From a bacterium (GTDB lineage: Bacteria; Arandabacterota; Arandabacteria; Arandabacterales; Arandabacteraceae): a DNA stretch of 64,000 nucleotides. This document shows, one piece after another, positions 1-9,547 of the stretch. Made by a program: the position numbers and the translations under genes. The stretch is from assembly GCA_029933125.1 (NCBI GenBank), contig JAOZOU010000001.1, positions 392,702 through 456,701 of the forward strand, written 5' to 3'. The notes under the pieces were generated by a model that had not been told where the DNA came from, made no database searches, and saw only the letters and a program-made list of their open reading frames with translations. Position 1 is the stretch's first letter; each line of letters starts with the position of its first letter.

Positions 1-241
1 AGATCCTCGGACTGGCAACTGGCATCGTGCCATAGCCAATTTCAAGTGAAGTGGGTGTCTCTGTGCCCTGGCGCGGCACAGATGCAGGAGCACGATTGGT
101 CTGGTAGAACAGATCCTGAAATTCTACCTTGCTTCGCTTGAAGCCCGTTGTATTTATATTAGCAAGGTTGTTTGCAATGTTATCGACATTGAGTTGCTGA
201 GCCAGCATTCCTGTTGCTGCTGTCTTGAGTGCCCTGATCAT
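1..241 (-). CDS. flgG: Flagellar basal-body rod protein FlgG, N-terminal part; the gene continues beyond the window start.
   Basis: The reverse-strand translation begins [44 protein letters not shown], which is the canonical flagellar rod/hook N-terminal motif. An AGGAGGTG ribosome-binding site lies 6 nt upstream of the ATG at 241. Confidence 0.85.
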   Translation of the reverse strand, partial: MIRALKTAATGMLAQQLNVDNIANNLANINTTGFKRSKVEFQDLFYQTNRAPASVPRQGTETPTSLEIGYGTMPVASPRI

Positions 242-253
242 CCATTACACCTC

Positions 254-961
254 CTACCTCTGCCCAATGCGACCTGCCTGCTCAATGAGTTGACGAGCGC
301 TTTGATCCTGTAGTTTTATGCTTCGCTGGGCTGTTTCAAAGTTGCGATGCAGATTTATCATCTCAACCATCTCATCGATGGGATTTACATTTGAGCGTTC
401 AAGTGCACCCTGGATTATCTCCGTCTCTTCAGGGTTGATAGGAATGGGGGGTTGCTTTCCTGCGGCAAAGCGATTGCCTTCCCTTAGAAGTCCTTGGGGA
501 TCTTCAAAGCGAACTATCCTTAGAGTTCCAACCTCATCACCATCAACATAGATCGTGCCATCTTTGCCTATAGTCACCTGCTGACCATCTATGGGGATGG
601 GACCGCCATTTCCGAGAACGGGTTCACCTGAGAGTGTTGTGAGAATACCCGATTGAGAAAGTGTGAATGCTCCACATCTGGTGTAGCGCTCACCATAAGG
701 AGTCTGTATGACGAAAAACCCTTCGCCGTTGATAGCAACATCAAGCGGGCGGTCAGTTTGCTCAATGGGACCCTGCTCGAAAGATGTATAGAGTCTTAAA
801 GTTGTGTTGGAAGCACTGACGCTTTCATTCAGGATAGCCTTGAAGGCACGCTGAGATTTGAATCCTGCAGTATTCACATTGGCAAGATTGTTGGCTATCA
901 ATTCCTGCCCGAGAATTCTTGCTTTCATATCATTTGCGAGTCGCTCGATACCACGAAGCAT
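254..961 (-). CDS. Flagellar basal-body rod protein of the FlgF/FlgG family.
   Basis: The 235-aa product has the rod-family N-terminus (ANNLANVNTAGFK) and the C-terminal DEMVEMI..HRNFETAQRSIKLQDQ motif. A GGAGG ribosome-binding site lies 5 nt before the ATG, and flgG follows immediately downstream. Confidence 0.8.
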   Translation of the reverse strand: MLRGIERLANDMKARILGQELIANNLANVNTAGFKSQRAFKAILNESVSASNTTLRLYTSFEQGPIEQTDRPLDVAINGEGFFVIQTPYGERYTRCGAFTLSQSGILTTLSGEPVLGNGGPIPIDGQQVTIGKDGTIYVDGDEVGTLRIVRFEDPQGLLREGNRFAAGKQPPIPINPEETEIIQGALERSNVNPIDEMVEMINLHRNFETAQRSIKLQDQSARQLIEQAGRIGQR

Positions 962-994
962 ACCAACCTCCGATTAGAGTCCGCCCGTAGTTAG

Positions 995-1010
995 AGCAAG
1001 ACGCTTGCCA
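995..1010 (-). promoter_or_regulatory. Predicted sigma-54 (-24/-12) promoter for flgF-flgG.
   Basis: The minus strand reads TGGCAAGCGTCTTGCT, giving GG-N10-GC with TGGCA and TTGC elements. The -12 GC lies about 36 nt upstream of the flgF ATG. Confidence 0.5.
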
Positions 1011-1162
1011 GAGGAGAGACAAAGTGGGAAATAATCTGAGTCCAGATTATCTCATGTTATACCAAGGAATTACGTCTCTATAGGCAGTACCAGGCGAGGG
1101 TAAAGGTTTAAGGATGCTCACCCGGGTGGGAAGTTTTTTCCGCCTACGGAGGTCATTGTTTC

Positions 1163-2050
1163 TCACTCAAGGGGCTTGGCTACTTCTTCGGCAGCGGCTT
1201 GGAGGAGCTCCTTGGATGATGTGATCATTGCTGGAAGCTCATCTGAAAGCTGCCTGAGCATCTTCACATCGGGAATGTAACTGCCTTCAGGCAGACCTTG
1301 GAATTCATGAATGTGCAATGTGGTAGCTCCTTCGAGGAGAAGTCGGGAGCACCTGTCGGCTGTTGAGACGATTCCTGCTGCAAGGCTGTTGGTGCCAGCT
1401 TCGAGTGGCTTGTGGTGATATCCAACCGCATCTATTATCTCTTCGGGGAGATTCCACCTGCGACAGATCTCCATTCCAACCGCGGCATGTGTGACCCCAA
1501 TGATTTCGCCTTCTGCTCTCATCACTCCAACGGATCTTATAAGGGCTAGCATCCTTTCCTTATCTTCATCTCTAAGGGCTAAATCGATCGCGACCTTCCC
1601 CACATCATGGAGCAAGCCACAGCTGAAAGCCATACTATAGATTTGCATACTCGCCTTTCGACTTATCATTTGAGAAGCATAGGCAGTTCCCACTGAATGC
1701 TCCCACAGGCGACCGGCGTCCAGACCGTAGGCCTCAACTGCCTTTGAAAGAATATTTGAAGCTGATGCTGAGATGAGCACGTTACGGACATTTGAATATC
1801 CCAGCAAGACCAGGGCTTCAGTAACATTATAGACACGCCGGGGCAATCCAAAGTAAGCCGAGTTGGCCATGCGAAGTACCTTACCGGCAAAACCCTGATC
1901 AAGTGAGACAACCTCGGCAACCTTTGTCAGCTGAATCCTGGGATCTCTCAACATCATAAGAACCTTTTGAACACATTTCGGGAAAGGAGGAATGTTTGAA
2001 GTAAACTTAGTAAGATCAACCTGTCTCTCATCCTCGCTGGGCTTCATCAC
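1163..2050 (-). CDS. HDOD-domain signalling protein.
   Basis: The 295-aa product carries HDOD hallmarks: PPFPKCVQKVLMMLRDP, NSAYFGL, LLHDVGK and HH. It sits inside the flagellar locus. Confidence 0.75.
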   Translation of the reverse strand: MMKPSEDERQVDLTKFTSNIPPFPKCVQKVLMMLRDPRIQLTKVAEVVSLDQGFAGKVLRMANSAYFGLPRRVYNVTEALVLLGYSNVRNVLISASASNILSKAVEAYGLDAGRLWEHSVGTAYASQMISRKASMQIYSMAFSCGLLHDVGKVAIDLALRDEDKERMLALIRSVGVMRAEGEIIGVTHAAVGMEICRRWNLPEEIIDAVGYHHKPLEAGTNSLAAGIVSTADRCSRLLLEGATTLHIHEFQGLPEGSYIPDVKMLRQLSDELPAMITSSKELLQAAAEEVAKPLE

Positions 2051-2873
2051 TTTTGCTCCTCAACCAGGGTCTACGAACAATCTCCTCACCGCGAAGACTG
2101 AACTCAACTCCACCTGTCTCAACCTCATTCACGATCTGAGCAAAGCATATAGAGATCTCAACGGGCGGATGGCAAGTCTCACGGATGATTACTTTGCCAT
2201 CGTAATTGAGTGTTGCATGCTCCCTGAGTTTGATTATCTGCTCCCCTATTGTGATAACATCGCCATGAATGGCATTAGCTGCTGCTTCAAGATCCTTCAC
2301 TCTTTCGAGTCTATGGGAATCGGGCGATCCGGTTGAAAGCGACTTAAGATTCTTAAGGAGATCCAATCTCCTCCTGGTGAGCTCCATTGCCTCATGTTCA
2401 AGCTCCTCAATTCTCAACGCGATGACTGGATCAACTCCAGTCTCTATTCTTGTCATAACGGGGCGTTTGCTTCCAACCGTCACGGCATCTACCCTGCCAA
2501 GAGCGTGGATTTCACCTCCGACTATGCTTCCCTTGACAAGGACATCGCCCGAGGAGAAGATCATCCCGGAAAGTATTGAACGCTCAACTACAACGTTGCC
2601 TTTAGCTATTACTCGCTCCTTTTGAATGAAGCGACACTTAAGACTTCCATCGCAGATGATTCTGCCATTGCCACCTCCCAGGAAGCCACCATCTATGATC
2701 ACATCTCCCTTAGCCTCAATTGTAGCATCCTCGACATTGCCATAGATCGTAACATCACCTGCAACCTCGAGGGCAGCCCCCGATCTGACGCTTCCGAGCA
2801 CCTCGATGTTGCCATCATAGGTTAAGGGAACCGGCGTCCTTCTTATGTCTTCAGTTATGAGCCCCATCCTCAT
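2028..2873 (-). CDS. FapA/DUF342-like protein (flagellar assembly protein A family).
   Basis: The protein has repeated G-D/N-V/I beta-helix-type repeats (GDVTIYGNVEDATIEAKGDVIIDGG..GNVVVERSILSG..GDVLVKGSIVGGEIHALG), then a coiled-coil segment and a second short repeat block. The start was moved to an internal Met (MRMGL) to avoid overlapping the upstream PilZ gene. Confidence 0.55.
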   Translation of the reverse strand: MRMGLITEDIRRTPVPLTYDGNIEVLGSVRSGAALEVAGDVTIYGNVEDATIEAKGDVIIDGGFLGGGNGRIICDGSLKCRFIQKERVIAKGNVVVERSILSGMIFSSGDVLVKGSIVGGEIHALGRVDAVTVGSKRPVMTRIETGVDPVIALRIEELEHEAMELTRRRLDLLKNLKSLSTGSPDSHRLERVKDLEAAANAIHGDVITIGEQIIKLREHATLNYDGKVIIRETCHPPVEISICFAQIVNEVETGGVEFSLRGEEIVRRPWLRSKSDEAQRG

Positions 2874-3279
2874 CTTCGAGCTCCTGCTTGATGGGATTAC
2901 TTGTTTCTTCTGAGCCCTTGCGTCTTCTAATCTGTTCTCGGAATGCATAGCGAAGTATCTTGCCCCGCTGGACTTCAGAGAGCTCAACGAACTTTATGCA
3001 CACCTCCTTACCCCCTTCACACCTTGAGACAACCCTTGCATATGCTCTTATCTCCTCGAGGGTGTCAGGTATGGCAAATCTCAAGCAAAGGACATCGCCT
3101 TCTTCAATCAAGCTATGAGCCTCCAACCTTGCCCCTCCTCCGCCAATCTCCACCATGCTGCTCCTTGTCCACTCTCCTTCAGGAACTGAACCATCACGAG
3201 ATATGTGTATGAATTCAACCGGCAGGGAAAGCCTTATCCTCAAGAATTCACGCCTATCTGGAATGATTTTATCTGTCAT
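2851..3279 (-). CDS. PilZ-domain c-di-GMP receptor protein.
   Basis: The 142-aa product has RREFLRIR (RxxxR) and an EIGGGGARL (D/NxSxxG-like) motif. It is a single-domain PilZ located in the flagellar locus. Confidence 0.7.
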   Translation of the reverse strand: MTDKIIPDRREFLRIRLSLPVEFIHISRDGSVPEGEWTRSSMVEIGGGGARLEAHSLIEEGDVLCLRFAIPDTLEEIRAYARVVSRCEGGKEVCIKFVELSEVQRGKILRYAFREQIRRRKGSEETSNPIKQELEDEDGAHN

Positions 3280-3283
3280 AGCA

Positions 3284-3496
3284 TTACGCCTCTAAGTCAA
3301 TTCGCTTTCCTAGGTCTTTCTCCTGCGTCTCGCTTTCTTCAGGCTTCCCCTCTTCCGCTGGAGCCCTCTTCGCACCATGATTGGTGTTGCGTCTTCTGCG
3401 GTCTTCCTGCCTCGGCTTCTCGACCTTTGCTATACCTTCGGGTCTTCCTATCATGAAAGGATTATCGTACTCAATCCTCGGTTCCATAAGGATCAC
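3284..3496 (-). CDS. Hypothetical small, highly charged protein of 70 aa.
   Basis: The ORF is packed tightly between fliA and the PilZ gene on the same strand. I recognise no family. Confidence 0.25.
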   Translation of the reverse strand: MILMEPRIEYDNPFMIGRPEGIAKVEKPRQEDRRRRNTNHGAKRAPAEEGKPEESETQEKDLGKRIDLEA

Positions 3497-4252
3497 CTAC
3501 TTCGATAGGTGTGTTCTCAGTCTTCCTCGCAGAAAAAGGATGGCTTTTGAATGTATCTGTGAAACCCTCGACTCACTTATTCCGAGAACTTCACCTATCT
3601 CCTTCATGCGAAGACCTTCGTAGTAGTAAAGGCCCAATATGCTCCTTTCAGTCTCAGGAAGCTCCTTAATGGCATCAGCCAGAACCTCTACCAATTCCTC
3701 TCTTTCGAGCTTGCTTAAAGGATCTGGCCAAGCACTAGCAGCGTCTTCCTGGGTTATGTCGATTGACAGATTGCCATTCTCGAGAAGCTCCTCAAGTGAG
3801 TAAAGATCAAGGCTACTCGACGTTGCAAGCAGATGGGAAATCTCGTTTACGTCCAGACCCGATCGCTCAGCGATCTCATGGTCCTCCGGATATCTGCCCA
3901 GCTCGCGCTCAAGCTCGCTGATAGCTCTGCCGACTTGCTTGACCTTGGCCCTTATCGAATAGGGAAGAAAATCCTGCTTTCTCAACTCATCAAAGATTGC
4001 TCCTCTTATCCTGTAGCGTGCATAGGTTTCAAGCTTTGCTCCCTTCGCAGGCTCATAATCATCAATTGCCTTTATGAGCCCAACGGTGCCAGCACTTATG
4101 AGGTCAGATATATCTACACTTCTGGGAAGAAGTTCTGCGATATCCTGGGCGATGCATCTAACAAGCCACAGATACTGCTTTACAATCTCGTCCCGATCGG
4201 CAAGAGCTGTGTTTTCCTTCACTGGAGTTCTTATGTGCTCATGATTTTTCAT
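3497..4252 (-). CDS. fliA: Flagellar sigma factor sigma-28 (FliA/WhiG/SigD).
   Basis: Region 2 (DLISAGTVGLIKAIDDYEP) and the region-4 helix-turn-helix (LRMKEIGEVLGISESRVSQIHSKAI) are present in a 251-aa product. Confidence 0.9.
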   Translation of the reverse strand: MKNHEHIRTPVKENTALADRDEIVKQYLWLVRCIAQDIAELLPRSVDISDLISAGTVGLIKAIDDYEPAKGAKLETYARYRIRGAIFDELRKQDFLPYSIRAKVKQVGRAISELERELGRYPEDHEIAERSGLDVNEISHLLATSSSLDLYSLEELLENGNLSIDITQEDAASAWPDPLSKLEREELVEVLADAIKELPETERSILGLYYYEGLRMKEIGEVLGISESRVSQIHSKAILFLRGRLRTHLSK

Positions 4253-4261
4253 CCCGAATCC

Positions 4262-5329
4262 TCAGGCAACTTCATTCAAACCCTCAAATATCTTTTCGGC
4301 AATTACTTCATAGTCAGCAACAAAGATGCCATCGGTAGATCGTGCCCCTCCAGTCACATAGGTCAGGGGTACGGCACTCGATAGGGCAACCGAAAGAGCT
4401 CCGCCAATACGCGTTGCCTCATCCATCTTTGTAAGCACAAGCCCCATGTTGGGCGAACCAGGGATACATGAGACAAGGGCGAACATGTTCTGGGGATCCA
4501 TTGTTGCCTCGATGACCAGATTTAACCGCACTGAGTCAAGGGCCTTACTGAGATCAACAAGTGAACGCAGAAGGGTATCCTCAATCTTCGAAATGCCTGG
4601 CGTATCAACCAGGATTGTTGTTTTGGGATGCTTTTCGATCAATCTCTCAAGATGAGAGCATGAGTCGATATGATGAAACTTTGCCTTGAGATTCCTTGCC
4701 TCACGCTTAAGCCATATAATGTCTCGCGATGACTTCGGGCCGAGGAAGGCAACTATGGGTCTCGCCTTTCCTCTGGTTGCACAGCGTCTCGCAACCTTTA
4801 GAAGTGAAGTTGTCTTCCCTGAGCCTGAAGGTCCAACAAATATGGAGACACGTTCTGTTGGATTGACAATAGGTATGCCCTCAAGGATACTCCTCACAAA
4901 GCCTTGTTGGGATTGAGCTCTTGCGAGGTCTTCAAGTTTGATGCTGTCCCTTAAGAGCATAGGATCGAAGCCAGCCGTAAGAAGACCCCTCACAAATGAG
5001 TTTGAGCTATCAGGGCACAGATAGGCATCAGCTATTACCGATTCAACTATGTCCTGGAGACGCATCTCTATCTGCCTGAGCTCTGAAAGGATGTCGCGAT
5101 CAAGTTTCCTCATCTCAGTCAGGTTAGTTCGACTATTACTTGGCTTCGCAGAAACCTTTGCCATTTGTTCCACCTCCTCGCCCACTGCCGCAACGACTTC
5201 GACCAAATCAGCGCGACCCTTGACGCGGCGCCTCGCTGTCCCGAGAACTATAGCCTCAGGACCCATCTCACGCTTGATCTGAGTCAGAGCCTCCGGAATA
5301 GTTTGGGCTGAGAACTTCTTGATCTTCAT
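4262..5329 (-). CDS. flhF: Flagellar biosynthesis SRP-type GTPase FlhF.
   Basis: The N-terminus MKIKKFSAQTIPEALTQIKREMGPEAIVL is typical of FlhF. The GTPase motifs GPSGSGKTT and DTPG are present. Confidence 0.85.
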   Translation of the reverse strand: MKIKKFSAQTIPEALTQIKREMGPEAIVLGTARRRVKGRADLVEVVAAVGEEVEQMAKVSAKPSNSRTNLTEMRKLDRDILSELRQIEMRLQDIVESVIADAYLCPDSSNSFVRGLLTAGFDPMLLRDSIKLEDLARAQSQQGFVRSILEGIPIVNPTERVSIFVGPSGSGKTTSLLKVARRCATRGKARPIVAFLGPKSSRDIIWLKREARNLKAKFHHIDSCSHLERLIEKHPKTTILVDTPGISKIEDTLLRSLVDLSKALDSVRLNLVIEATMDPQNMFALVSCIPGSPNMGLVLTKMDEATRIGGALSVALSSAVPLTYVTGGARSTDGIFVADYEVIAEKIFEGLNEVA

Positions 5330-7388
5330 CGAATCTCACCATCCCTACTGAATGCACTTCACAGTCAGTTGTTATTTCACCAAACGAGATTACTGTTACC
5401 TTCGGCAGGCTACTTTCTATAAGACGCTTAAGCGCTAGTCTGACATTGGGAGAGCAGATGATGATCGGTCTGTGATTGCTTGCAAGCATGCTCCTCGAGA
5501 CTTTCTCGACAGCTTTGATAACTTGCTGAGCAGTCTGGGGTTCAAGTACGGCAGCTATACCACTCCGCGTTACTTGAATCGAATCAGCAACGATCTGCTC
5601 TATTTTAGGATCAACGGTGGCCGCATAAATGACACCGTCGCTGCTCTCACACATGTTACAAATTGTTCGCTGAAGCGAGGAGCGCACATATTCTGAAAGC
5701 ACATCTATGTCCTTGGTATGAGGAGCATAGTCAGCCAATGTTTCTATAATCGTTAGGGCGTCCTTGATCGGAATCTGTTCTCTGAGAAGGTTTTGCATCA
5801 CCCTGTGGACAGTGCCTAGGTTCACAGCCTGTGGGATCGCTTCTTCGATTGCTGCTGGATAATCCTTCTTGAGGGAATCGATGATATTCTGAACATCCTG
5901 TCTGCTTAGGATTTCGCTTGCATGAGCTTTTATCACCTCTGAAAGATGGGTGCCGAGAGCAACAGGTGCTTCGACGACTGTGAGCCCCATACCTTCAGCC
6001 TTGTCTTTCTCACGGGGGTGTATCCACTTTGCCATAAGGCCAAAGGCAGGATCACGCGTTTCCTCTCCTTCTATCTCATCAAGCATATCCTTTGTGCCAA
6101 TGACGAGGTACTTGCCTGGGTAAACTTCTCCTTTTGCAACCCTTGCTCCTTTGAGCCTTATCTCATATTCATACGGCCTGAGCTTGACATCATCCCTTAT
6201 TCGTATCGGGGGAACAACGAGCCCCATATCGACTGCTATCTGTCGTCTCAATCCCTTTATTCTTTCAAGGAAGTCACCACCTTCTGCCGGATCAACCATG
6301 GAGATGAGTCCATAGCCAATCGTCACCTCGAGGCGATCAACCTTGACGAGATCCTCAAGTGCTTCCTGCTTCTTTTCCTTCGGCTTAGGAGCTTCTTCCT
6401 TAGGCTCAACTGCTGTTTTCCTCGTCTTGTATCTGGCGTAGCCAGCGCTGGCAGCAACAGAGCCGAGCAGGAGAAATGGCACAGTTGGAAGACCAGGTAC
6501 AAATGCAAGTACTACAAGGGTTGCTCCCACTATCGCCAGCGGCTTATATCCTGAGAACAGCTGAGTACCAATGTCCACGCCAAGGTTCGACTGGGCAGCT
6601 GCTCTGCTCACAACTATTCCAGCGGATGTCGATACGATGAGAGCCGGAACCTGGGTGACAAGCCCATCACCTATGGTCAGTCGCGTGTATGTGCGAACAG
6701 CCTCGCCAAGAGGCATACCCTGCTGGAGAACTCCGATTGCCAGTCCGCCAATTATGTTTACGATATTGATGATGATGCCAGCAATTGCATCACCTCTTAC
6801 GAACTTGCTAGCTCCGTCCATCGCTCCATAGAAATCTGCCTCTCGGGTTATCTCAGCCCGTCTCCTCATCGCCTCCTTATCGTCGATGAGACCAGCATTG
6901 AGATCTGCATCAATACTCATTTGCTTACCCGGCATTGCATCGAGCGTAAATCTTGCGCTCACCTCGGCATTACGCTGAGTACCGCGCACAACAACCACAT
7001 ACTGAATAACTACAATGATTACGAAGATGACAAATCCAACCACATAGTTACCCTTTACAACAAAGGAGCCAAAAGCCGAGATAACTTCACCAGCATTTGC
7101 CTGTCCAAGAATGAGCCTGGTTGATGCCACATTGAGTGAGAGTCTGAAAAGGGTTACAACGAGCATGAGGCTCGGGAAGACAGAAAGCTCAAGGGGAGCC
7201 GTCACATAGATGGCAGTGAGAAGTAAGACAAGCGAGAATGCAATATTGAAGGATAGAAGGACGTCAAGCAGGAAAGTTGGAAGAGGCACTATCATGATGC
7301 CAATGATTGAGATTACGCAGATGGCAAAAACAACATCACCATGCCTCAGCAATCCATTTTGTGGTCCCAAAGTCATTGGTGTCGCCAC
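5268..7388 (-). CDS. flhA: Flagellar export apparatus protein FlhA.
   Basis: The 706-aa product has an N-terminal transmembrane domain with FGSFVVKGNYVVGFVIF and a large cytoplasmic C-terminal domain. Confidence 0.95.
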   Translation of the reverse strand: MATPMTLGPQNGLLRHGDVVFAICVISIIGIMIVPLPTFLLDVLLSFNIAFSLVLLLTAIYVTAPLELSVFPSLMLVVTLFRLSLNVASTRLILGQANAGEVISAFGSFVVKGNYVVGFVIFVIIVVIQYVVVVRGTQRNAEVSARFTLDAMPGKQMSIDADLNAGLIDDKEAMRRRAEITREADFYGAMDGASKFVRGDAIAGIIINIVNIIGGLAIGVLQQGMPLGEAVRTYTRLTIGDGLVTQVPALIVSTSAGIVVSRAAAQSNLGVDIGTQLFSGYKPLAIVGATLVVLAFVPGLPTVPFLLLGSVAASAGYARYKTRKTAVEPKEEAPKPKEKKQEALEDLVKVDRLEVTIGYGLISMVDPAEGGDFLERIKGLRRQIAVDMGLVVPPIRIRDDVKLRPYEYEIRLKGARVAKGEVYPGKYLVIGTKDMLDEIEGEETRDPAFGLMAKWIHPREKDKAEGMGLTVVEAPVALGTHLSEVIKAHASEILSRQDVQNIIDSLKKDYPAAIEEAIPQAVNLGTVHRVMQNLLREQIPIKDALTIIETLADYAPHTKDIDVLSEYVRSSLQRTICNMCESSDGVIYAATVDPKIEQIVADSIQVTRSGIAAVLEPQTAQQVIKAVEKVSRSMLASNHRPIIICSPNVRLALKRLIESSLPKVTVISFGEITTDCEVHSVGMVRFDEDQEVLSPNYSGGSDSDQA

Positions 7389-8483
7389 TTAACCTTCTCC
7401 CTTTGTTTGGGTTCCGATTACCGAATCAACTTTGTTCTTGAGTCTGTAAACATAGCTCAGCACTTCAGCTACTGCTCGATAGAGACTTTCGGGTATCTCA
7501 GCACCAACCTCAACAAGCTCATAGAGACTATGGGCAAGAGCTCTGTTCTCATAGATTGGGATACCATGCTTAATTGCAATTTCCTTTATCTTTTCGGCAA
7601 TCAGGCGCTTGCCCTTCGCAACGACCATTGGCGCATTCATGGTTTCGCCATCGTATTTGAGAGCTACAGCAATGTGAACCGGATTGGTGACAACGACGTC
7701 AGCCGTAGGCACTGCATTCATCATCCTCCGCCTTGCAAGCTCTTTCTGTGCCGCCCTTATTCGGCTCTTTATGAGGGGACTTCCTTCGAGTTCCTTGTAT
7801 TCTTCCTTAAGCTCGTGTTTGGTCATCATGAGACTTTTAGTGTGCTGGCGGCGCTGATAGGCGTAATCCGCCATGCCAAGAATAGCCAAGATCAAACCGG
7901 CTTTAAGGCTAGCAACGAATGCCTGCTTGGCAAGAAAGCCAATTGTATCTCCGATGCCACAGTCACCGAGGGAGAGATACCCATTTATCCCATTCTTTAT
8001 GGAATGGTAGAAAACCAATCCAACGAGAAGGGCTTTGGCTGAGTTTATTGCAACCATAACAAGGGATCTCATGGAGAAAAGGCGCTTGAAGCCGGAGATA
8101 GGATTTATTTTTTCGAGCGATGGTGTTATGGGCTCGGTTGAGACAAGGAAACCAACCTGCATGAAATTAGCCGCAAGCGCTATTGAAACGATCACCAGCA
8201 TAAACGGAGCGAGAATCCTTATGCCACCCACTATGGTTTCAATGGCAATCAATCGCACATCATCAGCGCTTTCAATAAGAGGAATGCTTGAAAAGCTCTT
8301 GATTGTAAATTCCGAAGCCGCACGTGTTATCCAGGGGAGAAGCAGCTTGAGAGCTACTATCCCACCAATAACGACTGCAGCCGATGTGAGCTCTGTACTT
8401 CTTGCAACCTTTCCTTTCTCTCGCGCTTTTTCGCGTTTGCGATGAGTTGGTTGCTCAGTTCTTTGTTCCTGCGATTCCTCCAT
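7389..8483 (-). CDS. flhB: Flagellar export apparatus protein FlhB.
   Basis: The N-terminus reads EQRTEQPTHRKREKAREKGKVARS. The NPVH autocleavage motif (VVVTNPVHIAVAL) is present. Confidence 0.9.
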   Translation of the reverse strand: MEESQEQRTEQPTHRKREKAREKGKVARSTELTSAAVVIGGIVALKLLLPWITRAASEFTIKSFSSIPLIESADDVRLIAIETIVGGIRILAPFMLVIVSIALAANFMQVGFLVSTEPITPSLEKINPISGFKRLFSMRSLVMVAINSAKALLVGLVFYHSIKNGINGYLSLGDCGIGDTIGFLAKQAFVASLKAGLILAILGMADYAYQRRQHTKSLMMTKHELKEEYKELEGSPLIKSRIRAAQKELARRRMMNAVPTADVVVTNPVHIAVALKYDGETMNAPMVVAKGKRLIAEKIKEIAIKHGIPIYENRALAHSLYELVEVGAEIPESLYRAVAEVLSYVYRLKNKVDSVIGTQTKGEG

Positions 8484-8487
8484 TTAT

Positions 8488-9264
8488 TTAGCCGCCTCCT
8501 ATGGCAGTCAGTATGTTCTTAAGATCTGCGTTTGTCCCAAGGATTCCCTTGGCAAGCACATATGCAAAGTAGGGGATTGAGATTGCAAGCATTGCCAGCC
8601 CCATGCTTATCTTCAGAGGAAAACCAACAACAAAGATGTTCATCTGAGGAACTGTCTTGGCAAGCAAGGCAAGTCCAACCTCAACCATGAAAATCGCACT
8701 AAGTACTGGCATCGCAACCCTTACAGCTAGCGTGAATATCCCTGCTGTTGCGAGTATAAGCTGTTTTGCTCCCTCACCACTCAGCGCTGTTACCGAGGGG
8801 GGAACCAGACTATAGCTGGCTCTGAAACTACTGAGCATTATGTGGTGTCCGTTCATAGCAAGGAAGAGCACAATCGCAAGTAAGCCTTGAAATCTTCCAA
8901 TGACTGAGACATCTGTTCTCGAAATGGGATCGAACAGCGTCGAAGAAGCAAATCCCATCTGGAGCCCCACAACGTGGCCTGCGAATTGGACTCCGTGGAG
9001 AAAGAAGTTGCAGACAAAGCCTATCATCAACCCGATGAGAACCTCTCTGATTCCTAGAAGCATGTAGGTGAAACTTGGAAATTGTGGAAGTCTGGCATTT
9101 GAACTTAGAAGTGGCATCAGAGCAAATGCAAATATAAGCGAAACCCAAACCTTCACAATCTTTGGCAGAAATTGCGAGCCAAAGACAGGTGCAACAAAGA
9201 CGAATCCACTTACTCTGAGAAAACAGAGTAAGAGCAGTTCAGGCTTTATGGTTGCTAGCTCCAT
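8488..9264 (-). CDS. fliR: Flagellar export apparatus protein FliR.
   Basis: It is a 258-aa polytopic membrane protein in the canonical fliP-fliQ-fliR-flhB order. Confidence 0.9.
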   Translation of the reverse strand: MELATIKPELLLLCFLRVSGFVFVAPVFGSQFLPKIVKVWVSLIFAFALMPLLSSNARLPQFPSFTYMLLGIREVLIGLMIGFVCNFFLHGVQFAGHVVGLQMGFASSTLFDPISRTDVSVIGRFQGLLAIVLFLAMNGHHIMLSSFRASYSLVPPSVTALSGEGAKQLILATAGIFTLAVRVAMPVLSAIFMVEVGLALLAKTVPQMNIFVVGFPLKISMGLAMLAISIPYFAYVLAKGILGTNADLKNILTAIGGG

Positions 9265-9267
9265 CGC

Positions 9268-9537
9268 TTATCTTCCTGCGGTTATCATCTTCTCAAATGC
9301 TAGAAGTGAAAATCCTGTCAGCCTTGAGATTATCCATGGCATAAAGAGTACAAGAGCTACCGCAACTGCAACGATCTTGGGAATGAATGTCAGAGTCATT
9401 TCGTGAATCTGGGTAACCGCCTGTATGAGCCCGATGATAAGTCCAGTCAAGAGGCCAAAGAGCAGCATAGGCCCTGCAACTGAAAGACAGGTAAACACAG
9501 CCTGCTTGGCTATTTCCTGACAAAGCTCTTGCGTCAT
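9268..9537 (-). CDS. fliQ: Flagellar export apparatus protein FliQ.
   Basis: The product is about 89 aa starting at the internal Met MTQELCQEIAKQAV and has two transmembrane helices. Confidence 0.85.
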   Translation of the reverse strand: MTQELCQEIAKQAVFTCLSVAGPMLLFGLLTGLIIGLIQAVTQIHEMTLTFIPKIVAVAVALVLFMPWIISRLTGFSLLAFEKMITAGR

Positions 9538-9547
9538 TGCTGACCTC

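Noticed and set aside
318-551. Many ORFs of 60-200 aa in the six-frame track lie antisense to or nested within confident genes (for example 318..551, 1992..2336, 5946..6554, 25404..26288, 33601..34000 and 44341..44640).
   Set aside because: They are embedded in well-supported conserved genes and are often Ser/Arg/Leu-rich, with odd composition typical of antisense frames. I treat them as spurious.
1100-1140. I considered the palindrome CACCCGGGTG followed by a T-run on the plus strand as an intrinsic terminator.
   Set aside because: No plus-strand gene ends nearby. The stem would have almost no loop. On the minus strand, which is the transcribed strand here, there is no U-tract.
3284-3496. 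I considered whether the 70-aa ORF after fliA is the anti-sigma-28 factor FlgM.
   Set aside because: The sequence is highly charged with a poly-Arg patch and lacks the conserved FlgM C-terminal helices. It is kept only as a hypothetical protein.
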